30,207 bases of DNA from a virus (taxonomy: Duplodnaviria > Caudoviricetes). Location: IMG/VR virus record IMGVR_UViG_3300044512_001202, positions 1-30,207 of that record; one strand, given 5' to 3'. Every line of letters begins with the position of its first letter. The first letter of the stretch is position 1. The notes under the pieces were generated by a model. The model was not told the DNA's origin. It saw nothing but the letters and a program-made list of their open reading frames with translations, and ran no database searches. Positions 23,269-30,207 of the stretch are shown here, one piece after another. The position numbers and the translations under genes were made by a program.

Positions 23269-25194
23269 CTAGTCGTCAAGGGAAACAGGTACAGTAGCAG
23301 GAGCAACACTACCCCTGACCAGAGGCGCTATCATCCTGTCGTAGTCAACCCGCCCTACAGCGTCTCTGATCAACGGCGAACGAAAGATTCTTTTGATCTG
23401 GTCATCACTAAGGCCTTGCTGGTAAAGCTGGCCCGTAATTTTTTCTATGAGTTCTGGAGAGGGTTTACCTTTCGCCAAAACTCTAGCGATTTTAGGGATA
23501 GCAGTGACTGGTTCCAGCGATCCGACAAAATCCAAGATCCCAGGATCGACATCATCAGCAAGCCGCGTTTGAGCCGCAAGCCTTTCAGCCGTGTTGGGGC
23601 CACCAAGCGTCTGCCTGTTAGTGGCCGTGAACTCAACCTCGGCACCCATTCTTCTCAAGAAACCTTCAGGATCGGGCATGATTAAAGCAAGCCTGTCACG
23701 CATCTGTTTCGTGCCTAGCAAGCGCCTTACTGCGTCAGTGTTTTCATATTGTCGATCAAGAAAGTCTTGGAGGTTTTTTACCGCACCAAGCCTAAAGGTT
23801 TCAATTTCAGCTTCGTTTAAGTCGTTGAGAAAAAGTCTGAGCTTGTCAGGGTCTTCTTTTAAAAACTGCCGTCCTGCTTCTAGTGCATCCTTAAAACGGG
23901 ACGCATCACTGTAGGTTTCTAAAGCTTGACCGTAAGTTGTATTCTGCTCAGATATAAGCCTTAAAAGCTCAGTTTTCTTTCTCAGCCAAAATGCAGCCTC
24001 GCCTGGCTTTTTAGCTGCCTTCATTTGCGACGAGATTTCATCATCAATCTTTATCTTTAATCTGTTAAGGGTTCTTAAAAGGTCGCCTGATTCGCCTTCA
24101 CTACTCGCCCTTGTCTGCGCTTGTCGCCAAAGCGGAGCGATTTCTTTATCCGAAATGAATCGACCTATTCCAGTGTTCATTTCTACACCTTCTCGGAATG
24201 CTTGATTATAAATAGGTGCCGCTGCTTCAGATCTTTGCGTGATGATTGAATCAAGCGTGTCAAAGTATTTCGATGCTTCCTTGCCGAATGTTTTTTCAAG
24301 CTCCTGTTTAATACGAGCCCTTTGAGCCTGTTGACGCGCATCTAGCATCTTTCTTACGCCAGTCTTCCCAGTCGTTTGAGTATCTAATGCAGCTCTCCCT
24401 TGAGTCCTGAAGGCATCGCCAACGTCAGCGATAGTTCCTTCAGGGCCGAGTTCTCTCATCCTGGCTAAAACGTCATCGACAGAAAGCCCCTCATCTTCTA
24501 AGGTCTTTCTCATGATTCTATTTGCTTGAGCCTCAGGGGTATCAAACAATTTCCTGCCTACGTATTGCCCAGCAGCACCAAGACCTTTTCCTGCTAAATT
24601 TACTGCCCCTGCTCCTAATGGGGCTGCAACAGCGCCAACAGCACCACTCTCGACAGCGCCCTTTGCTCTTTCTTTTAAGCCTCCTTCAGCAGCGCCTGAC
24701 CCATACACCGCACCTTCAGCAGCACCAACGCCAGAGATCCTTCCTGCTTTACCTGCATTGCTTGCCGTTTGGAACGCTTTACCACCTAAAAATTTCGCAC
24801 CAGCAGCAGCGCCAGGAATAATCGCACCGGCTATTTCTAAGCCTGTAGACAGGTTTGGGTTTTGTTGCTCAAAGAATTTTTGACGTTCTCTTATTTCTGC
24901 AAGAGATCTGTCATAAGCAGAGCCAAACTCTTCATTATCTTGCCTGTTTAGTATTGCCTGCTCAAAGGCTTTCATCTCATCGAAATAGCTTCCTGTTGCT
25001 CCGCTGAGTGCTGTTCGCAAACCTTCAAGAACAGAGTTGTAATCATCAGGCCTTGCAATCTTTTGTTGGCCGCCCTCTGAGGTGTTACCCGCCACATTCA
25101 TAAGCACTGCCAACTCTTGCTGCGTTGGCGGTCGATCGCCATCGATCTCATATGTAACACCAGTATCTTCATTTGTTATTTCAAATCTAGGCAT
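23269..25194 (-). CDS. Ejection / DNA-transfer protein (gp16 position)
   Basis: 641 aa; Gly/Ala-rich hydrophobic region followed by a long helical region; last late gene. Confidence 0.68.
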   Translation of the reverse strand: MPRFEITNEDTGVTYEIDGDRPPTQQELAVLMNVAGNTSEGGQQKIARPDDYNSVLEGLRTALSGATGSYFDEMKAFEQAILNRQDNEEFGSAYDRSLAEIRERQKFFEQQNPNLSTGLEIAGAIIPGAAAGAKFLGGKAFQTASNAGKAGRISGVGAAEGAVYGSGAAEGGLKERAKGAVESGAVGAVAAPLGAGAVNLAGKGLGAAGQYVGRKLFDTPEAQANRIMRKTLEDEGLSVDDVLARMRELGPEGTIADVGDAFRTQGRAALDTQTTGKTGVRKMLDARQQAQRARIKQELEKTFGKEASKYFDTLDSIITQRSEAAAPIYNQAFREGVEMNTGIGRFISDKEIAPLWRQAQTRASSEGESGDLLRTLNRLKIKIDDEISSQMKAAKKPGEAAFWLRKKTELLRLISEQNTTYGQALETYSDASRFKDALEAGRQFLKEDPDKLRLFLNDLNEAEIETFRLGAVKNLQDFLDRQYENTDAVRRLLGTKQMRDRLALIMPDPEGFLRRMGAEVEFTATNRQTLGGPNTAERLAAQTRLADDVDPGILDFVGSLEPVTAIPKIARVLAKGKPSPELIEKITGQLYQQGLSDDQIKRIFRSPLIRDAVGRVDYDRMIAPLVRGSVAPATVPVSLDD

Positions 25195-26176
25195 CGTTGC
25201 TAACCTGTCTGATAGAGAAGTTGGTCCCGTTTAACTGTATTCGTTGGTTAGTATTGGGCTGCTGCGCTTGATTATTAGGTTGCTGACCTTGGAGGTTAGT
25301 TCCACTACTAAGTTCAGGATAAGGAATTGGTCTTTCGGAAGCTTTAGCTAATTTATTCATAACTCGCTTTAAACCTTGCCTCATGCGGTCCTCGCTACCA
25401 ACTAGCTTCAATTCACCTGCACCGATGTTAGTCAAGATTCTTATGTCGTTATCAGAAAGCACTCCCTTCATAATTCCAAGATTTTCTTTTGTTAGCCTGC
25501 TAGTCAAAAACTCTAAATCGTTTTCAAAATCAACCGTATCTCTATCAAAAGAAGGAAGTCTTCCTTGGACAGTTCCTACCGCGTCTTCAAGGCCACTGCT
25601 ATCCAACAGTCTTTGAGCGATATCATAAGTATCAGATGCAAAATCTTTTGCTTTGTCTTTTTCTACTGTTTCTGCTTGCCTTTCTTCTTCTCTTTGTTCT
25701 GTTCTAAATACGTAGCTTGGATTGGTTTCTACCTTGTACCGTTTTCTTGCTGCCGCAGCCTCCATATATTGCTTATCAGTTGCCGTATAAGGGTCAACGT
25801 TCGGCGGCAGAAACTCAGCTAATGCTTGCTTCGCTGGATGCAGTGTTCTTGCTCGCATACCTGCAACTGGCATTACTTCAGTAACCCTGCCTTGTCGATC
25901 AAGCTTAGGTTGAACGAAAGACCCATCTGGCTGCTGTACTAGGTCACCAAAGACAGGTTTTCCAAACTGCGCCATTTTCAGTGCGGTATCAGTGTTGGCA
26001 AGGTTGTTTCTTCGGTTAGCAATTCGTTTGCCTTGATTATTCAAAAGCTCTGCAATCGCATTGCGCTGCGCTGCCTCATTCGCCATTTTTCGGTCTAGCT
26101 GGGCTTGTATTTGGTTCTGTCGTACCTGCTCGACGCCAGGTCGATTCGCTACTTTAAAAAAAGTTTCTAGTGCCAT
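25187..26176 (-). CDS. Ejection / DNA-transfer protein (gp20 position)
   Basis: 329 aa; Gln-rich helical protein with MKGVLSDNDIRIL motif; between the gp7-like and gp16-like genes. Confidence 0.7.
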   Translation of the reverse strand: MALETFFKVANRPGVEQVRQNQIQAQLDRKMANEAAQRNAIAELLNNQGKRIANRRNNLANTDTALKMAQFGKPVFGDLVQQPDGSFVQPKLDRQGRVTEVMPVAGMRARTLHPAKQALAEFLPPNVDPYTATDKQYMEAAAARKRYKVETNPSYVFRTEQREEERQAETVEKDKAKDFASDTYDIAQRLLDSSGLEDAVGTVQGRLPSFDRDTVDFENDLEFLTSRLTKENLGIMKGVLSDNDIRILTNIGAGELKLVGSEDRMRQGLKRVMNKLAKASERPIPYPELSSGTNLQGQQPNNQAQQPNTNQRIQLNGTNFSIRQVSNDA

Positions 26177-28911
26177 TAAGAGCCTCCGAAAAGATTTTGG
26201 AAGATGTTGTAGTAATTTTGTCCACGCCTTGCAGATTCACCAGCGTCAATCTCTGCTGCATTTTGCATATAAGGGGTCATCAATGAGCTATAAAACTTAT
26301 CGCTGCCAGACATGACGTTGGCTGCGTTCTGAGCGCCCCCAACCAAGGTGCCAAGTTTTTGAAAATCATACTCATCTCTCATGCGTTGTTCATTTGAGAG
26401 TCTCTGATTCATATCTACAAGCTCGCCAGATCTAGCAAGCGCTATGTTTGCTGCTCTATCTTGCAACTCGGTTAAAGTGCCGCCGGTATTCAACCTGCCT
26501 CGACCTGCTGCGGATGCTTCTGTCTGTCTTCGCATCTCGTCTTGCAAGAAGCGCAAGGTTGGGTCATCAACGTTAAAAGGATCGATGTCGGTATATTCAA
26601 TGTCTCGCTTGGCAGCTTCAATGTAATCTGGGAGCACTTCTTCCGCTTGCGTAACCCCCATGTCATAAAACGGTTGTAGCCTACCGATTGCGTCGTCGTA
26701 TTGGTCTTTCTGGAAGGCTAGAACATTTGCCTGAGACTCTGCCATCTTGTCTGCTATGTAGCGATTGCCTGCTTCTTGAGCCAAAATGCCTGCCAGACTG
26801 TTTTCGCTTGCGGTAGTTGTTGCGTCGGATTGACCGCCGAGTATCGTGCCAAGCACGTTCATTACATTGCCAACGGTGCCGCCTATTGCATCGCCTAAAG
26901 ACCCAATGGCATCGCCAAAGCCAGAAGTGTCAACATTAACCGTTGATGTGACATCACCTGTTGTTGTATCTCCAACGCTACCACCTGTGCCGCCCTGACC
27001 ACCGGCACCACCGGCCCCACCTGCACCCCCAGCAGAAGTGATGGCACCCTCTTCAATCGTTGCACTACCACCTTCTGCGGTAGTATCCCCAACAGAGCCA
27101 CCCGTCGCTGAAGTATCGCCAACAGAACCTCCAGTTGCAGAGGTGTCACCAAAAGTAGTATCGCCAAATTCTATTTCGGAACTTACATCGCCAGATGTTG
27201 CCGTTGTGTCTCCAATTGTTTGATCACCAACCGTAGTTGTTTGATCTCCGACCGTGGTAGTCTGATCCCCAACAGTAGTAGTCTGATCACCGACTGTTGT
27301 GGTCTGGTCGCCAACAGCTACGGTTGAGCTTGCATCCACATCTGTTGTTTGATCACCGACTGTAGTCGTTTGGTCGCCACCCTCAAGGGTGATGTCTCCG
27401 ATAATATCTTGAATCACATTTGCAAGCTCTTGCGCTTGACCTTGAGACATTGACCCGCCATCTGATCCGCGCATTAAACCTAATATCTGCATGAATTGAT
27501 CGAAGAAGTCATCACCAGACTCACTTGATTGCTGGCTATCCTGAGAGCTTGTTTGCGATATTATTGGTACCCATTCGCCATCTCGGAATATGTAGACAAT
27601 ATCGTCAACTCTTTTAGTATCACCTTCTTGTGGCACGTTACTGCCTCCTATGTCTGTACCGCCGCCTGCGGGGTTGTTAGTGGTATCTGTCGAGCCGGTC
27701 TGGCTTTGTGTTGTATCTGTTCCGCTGCCTGCGGGGTTTGTCACTGGGTCGTTGTTTACGCCAGTGCTAGATGTCGATGTCACACTGCCGTCAGGGTTTA
27801 CCTGTACACCAGAGCCTGGCAATTGATCTACGTTTGTTTGCGTTTGGTTTGTGTCGGTTTGATCGTAAATAACCGCGTGATCACCAGGCCTGTTATCTTC
27901 CAACCATCCCGCAAAGTCTGGCTGTCTGATAATTGATCTGAGGCTTCTGTAATCGAAGTCGCCCCATAGCACGTTGATTAGGTCATCAACTTGTTGGTTG
28001 CCGGTAAGCTCTGGACGTTTAACCATCCCGTCTTCACCGTTCTGATTCAGCTCATCAAGAACCTGCTGAATAACTTTGTTCTGCTCGTCGATCACCTGGG
28101 CATCAGTTAACGTGCCTGCGATCTCACCAATTGCGTTGGTAGGTTCGTCGCTGGTCGTACCGTCAAAACTGCCTTGTAGGCCAAGCTCGCTTAAAAACTG
28201 CTGCGGGGTGTATTCCTTTGTTGCAGCGCTTCCAGTAAAACCGAATGAACTTAGATCAACAATAAACTTGCCCGTGGATGGGTCGAACGTTGCCGATAAG
28301 CCAAAGTCTTGTGATGCCCTGGCGTTGTTGAACCGATCAACTAATTGGTCAGATGTAAACGCAGTGTTCTCAGCGTTGAGTCTTTCTGCCTGGGCCGGTA
28401 TCTCTTGGAATTGCTGCTCTGTAAATCCAAAACCCTGCGCTGCTTCCAAAGCTGGCAACGAATCATTGTCGCCAAAGATCTCTTCAAAGTAAGCTGGGAT
28501 TTTCCCGCCAGAAATATCAAACCCAAGCTGACTAAGAAAACCAACTTTCATGGGATTGTTGATTACCGCGTCACCGTTTAGAAGTTGCTGCTCGACTTGT
28601 GCAATGCCTAGATTGAAGTACGCAAAAGCAAGATCATCCAGCATGTTCTGAAATTTAGCTGTTGTCTCTCTTAATACCGCCAACTGACCGCCTGGCATAT
28701 TGTCCAGGTTAAACTGCTCTACACTGCCTCTATCTTCAGTGTTTGAATCGCTTGTGTTTGAGCCACTTGTGTTTGACCCACTTGTGTTTGAGCCACTTGT
28801 GTTTGACCCACTTGTGTTTGACCCACTTGTGTTTGAGCCGGTGTTACTCCAACCAGGGTTATTATTAAATTCTTGATTCCAATTTGGAACAGAAATAAAA
28901 AACTCACTCAT
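26176..28911 (-). CDS. gp7-like DNA-transfer protein with a very long acidic low-complexity N-terminal extension (start ATG 28911)
   Basis: The C-terminal ~190 aa carry LQPFYDMG, DPTLRFLQ and EASAAGRGRLNTGGTL..L motifs of gp7-like pilot proteins; ATGA overlap at 28908-28911. Confidence 0.7.
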   Translation of the reverse strand: MSEFFISVPNWNQEFNNNPGWSNTGSNTSGSNTSGSNTSGSNTSGSNTSGSNTSDSNTEDRGSVEQFNLDNMPGGQLAVLRETTAKFQNMLDDLAFAYFNLGIAQVEQQLLNGDAVINNPMKVGFLSQLGFDISGGKIPAYFEEIFGDNDSLPALEAAQGFGFTEQQFQEIPAQAERLNAENTAFTSDQLVDRFNNARASQDFGLSATFDPSTGKFIVDLSSFGFTGSAATKEYTPQQFLSELGLQGSFDGTTSDEPTNAIGEIAGTLTDAQVIDEQNKVIQQVLDELNQNGEDGMVKRPELTGNQQVDDLINVLWGDFDYRSLRSIIRQPDFAGWLEDNRPGDHAVIYDQTDTNQTQTNVDQLPGSGVQVNPDGSVTSTSSTGVNNDPVTNPAGSGTDTTQSQTGSTDTTNNPAGGGTDIGGSNVPQEGDTKRVDDIVYIFRDGEWVPIISQTSSQDSQQSSESGDDFFDQFMQILGLMRGSDGGSMSQGQAQELANVIQDIIGDITLEGGDQTTTVGDQTTDVDASSTVAVGDQTTTVGDQTTTVGDQTTTVGDQTTTVGDQTIGDTTATSGDVSSEIEFGDTTFGDTSATGGSVGDTSATGGSVGDTTAEGGSATIEEGAITSAGGAGGAGGAGGQGGTGGSVGDTTTGDVTSTVNVDTSGFGDAIGSLGDAIGGTVGNVMNVLGTILGGQSDATTTASENSLAGILAQEAGNRYIADKMAESQANVLAFQKDQYDDAIGRLQPFYDMGVTQAEEVLPDYIEAAKRDIEYTDIDPFNVDDPTLRFLQDEMRRQTEASAAGRGRLNTGGTLTELQDRAANIALARSGELVDMNQRLSNEQRMRDEYDFQKLGTLVGGAQNAANVMSGSDKFYSSLMTPYMQNAAEIDAGESARRGQNYYNIFQNLFGGS
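26975..27385 (-). repeat. TTVGDQT heptads, GDTSATGGSV decamers and a GGA run in the gp7-like protein
   Basis: Visible in the translation; DNA copies differ at many synonymous positions. Confidence 0.85.
28732..28848 (-). repeat. 15-bp tandem repeat encoding (SNTSG)n
   Basis: TCAAACACAAGTGG(G/C) x5 plus degenerate flanking units; TCAAAC recurs seven times at 15-nt spacing. Confidence 0.92.
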
Positions 28912-29285
28912 ACCACTACCCACTCACCAGCAGCGTCAAGATAAATGCAACGCAAAACATCGTAGCGAGAGGCAATCGATTTCGACGATGCCCCGTCAAT
29001 TGTCTCTGTTCCTTGCGTGTCAACGGTGACTGCTCCTGTTCCCATGCGCTTAACCACAACCTGCTGACCGTCTGCTGGCTTTTGATGCAGGCTGACTGTG
29101 ATGCTTGAGCCTGAATCAACGTCCACGACCTCATGCCCTGCATTGCCGGTGGTTGTATAGTTTGCGGTTTGTTTAGAGTAGAAAGGTTTGATTAGGGTGT
29201 GGTGGTCGATTACTACTTGGCGAAGCTGCTCTGCTTCCATGTTGACCGTGATCACGTTTGGATCACGCAGTCTTCTTGTTGTCAT
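28908..29285 (-). CDS. Small beta-rich virion/tail protein
   Basis: 125 aa; TANYT, ITVSL, GAVTV...G.ETIDG and terminal W.VV pattern seen in phage tail/fibre-type domains. Confidence 0.6.
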   Translation of the reverse strand: MTTRRLRDPNVITVNMEAEQLRQVVIDHHTLIKPFYSKQTANYTTTGNAGHEVVDVDSGSSITVSLHQKPADGQQVVVKRMGTGAVTVDTQGTETIDGASSKSIASRYDVLRCIYLDAAGEWVVV

Positions 29286-29452
29286 TTTCTAATTAGCTCG
29301 TTGATGGCTTTCCACACCTCAACCATCTTGCTCTCTAAAACTTCCAAACGATTTAAGATTCGACCGATTGTCAAAACCAAGATGAACAGGCCCGCCGCGA
29401 TGGGCCAGCCGCTTACGATGATTTCCCATGTTTCCATCTGCGCGTTATCCAT
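29282..29452 (-). CDS. Single-TM micro-protein with coiled-coil tail, 56 aa (not in ORF track)
   Basis: MDNAQMETWEIIVSGWPIAAGLFILVLTIGRILNRLEVLESKMVEVWKAINELIRK; stop overlaps the next ATG. Confidence 0.65.
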   Translation of the reverse strand: MDNAQMETWEIIVSGWPIAAGLFILVLTIGRILNRLEVLESKMVEVWKAINELIRK

Positions 29453-29615
29453 TCTTGCGATTAACTATCTTTTGCACAGTGTCACTCTCCCAAATCCGCA
29501 AAGAGAGCCAGACGATGGTAAAAAGCGATGCTACCGATGGGAGCCAACCAGCCAAGGTAGCGACAGTGCCGCCGACTGCCACAGAATCCATCACTGTTTT
29601 GGCTTCCTCTTGCAT
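29445..29615 (-). CDS. Holin-like membrane micro-protein, 56 aa (not in ORF track)
   Basis: MQEEAKTVMDSVAVGGTVATLAGWLPSVASLFTIVWLSLRIWESDTVQKIVNRKNG; TGATG coupling. Confidence 0.7.
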   Translation of the reverse strand: MQEEAKTVMDSVAVGGTVATLAGWLPSVASLFTIVWLSLRIWESDTVQKIVNRKNG

Positions 29616-29782
29616 CACTTGTTCTTCGCGTTGCCAAAATTAATTGCTAGTGCGTTGACTACTGGAAGAAGATATTTCGCCACAAACGCATCGTCTTTTT
29701 TGCTAGGCGTGGCCGCACTTATTGCCGATGCAAGGGTTACGACAGCGGTTATTATGTTGAAAGCCGACAACAGGAAGTCCAT
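29615..29782 (-). CDS. Membrane micro-protein, 55 aa (not in ORF track)
   Basis: MDFLLSAFNIITAVVTLASAISAATPSKKDDAFVAKYLLPVVNALAINFGNAKNK; TAATG coupling; GGAG RBS. Confidence 0.7.
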   Translation of the reverse strand: MDFLLSAFNIITAVVTLASAISAATPSKKDDAFVAKYLLPVVNALAINFGNAKNK

Positions 29783-30075
29783 TACCATGGTACTCCTGCT
29801 GCTTGCGTTGGGTTCTTGTCTGCTTCAATCTGAGCAGCCAAAGATGCCTCAATAGCGTCTTGATCTAACTCTGCTTGCACCCAGCCAATTACGTCAGCTT
29901 CAGTCAGCGAGTCGTAAGCAATGAAGCCGGAAGCAGAAGGGTCAGGTGTAAATCCTACAGTGCCGTAGGAAGAAGCTGAGAAGTCACCGTCTACCGCAGT
30001 AGCTCGCCAGTGGGCTACGACCACGCCACCGTCTGATAACTCACGTTCTAAAGTTGAGATTGTCCAAGTTGTCAT
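29782..30075 (-). CDS. Acidic fibre-associated hypothetical protein
   Basis: 97 aa; W.I..LER, VVVAHW, FIAYDSLTE..V.GWV and terminal GVPW; AGGAG RBS; directly after the fibre C-terminus. Confidence 0.7.
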   Translation of the reverse strand: MTTWTISTLERELSDGGVVVAHWRATAVDGDFSASSYGTVGFTPDPSASGFIAYDSLTEADVIGWVQAELDQDAIEASLAAQIEADKNPTQAAGVPW

Positions 30076-30087
30076 GTTTGTCTCCTG

Positions 30088-30207
30088 TTAAGATTCTTTT
30101 AATGGTTCGACAATTACTCTACCGTTTTCGTCAGTCCATTCTGTGTCAAGCATGTGTTGGTCATGTCGCTCACCAATTACCATCCATGAGATTGTGTCAG
30201 TGCATGT
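30088..30207 (-). CDS. C-terminal 39 aa of a CDS entering from the right edge, probably the tail fibre
   Basis: TCTDTISWMVIGERHDQHMLDTEWTDENGRVIVEPLKES-stop, resembling C-termini of aquatic-phage fibres. Confidence 0.72.
   Translation of the reverse strand, partial: TCTDTISWMVIGERHDQHMLDTEWTDENGRVIVEPLKES

Noticed and set aside
23248-23685. 145-aa plus-strand ORF next to attP as a moron
   Set aside because: Almost entirely antisense to the 641-aa ejection gene, with a TTG start, no RBS and no recognisable motifs.
28732-28848. CRISPR array
   Set aside because: The 15-bp units are contiguous with no unique spacers, are in frame in a CDS, and no cas genes are present.
28719-28907. 62-aa ORF with QTQVG repeats
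   Set aside because: Alternative-frame reading of the SNTSG repeat inside the long gp7-like gene.
29199-29855. 218-aa and 71-aa plus-strand ORFs
   Set aside because: They lie antisense to three tightly coupled minus-strand micro-genes that tile the region better.

Overview
The window is a near-complete, non-integrated (intact attP) genome of a small temperate P22/lambdoid-type podovirus, probably infecting an aquatic proteobacterium (host is an inference). It is opened inside the tail-fibre gene, whose two ends do not join in frame, so some sequence is missing. The minus strand carries cro, an O-like initiator with internal iterons, a nin-like region, a Q-like regulator, lysis genes, terminase, portal, scaffold, coat, gp4/gp10-like tail proteins, the fibre and three ejection proteins. 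The plus strand carries a short cI, a recombination module, xis and int next to a tRNA-Leu-type attP. The most unusual block lies between portal and scaffold: three very basic micro-proteins, a P/Q/M-rich disordered protein, and a 452-aa protein with a pre-toxin-like motif that converges on a separately promoted antisense 61-aa gene (candidate virion-delivered effector/immunity pair), followed by a terminator/antiterminator-like leader before the scaffold gene. Also notable are a second att-like site with no cognate integrase, 29-bp operators with a 15-bp spacer, a hairpin displaying anti-Shine-Dalgarno sequences, and a gp7-like ejection protein with a ~700-aa low-complexity extension. All family calls come from motif recognition by eye, not database searches.
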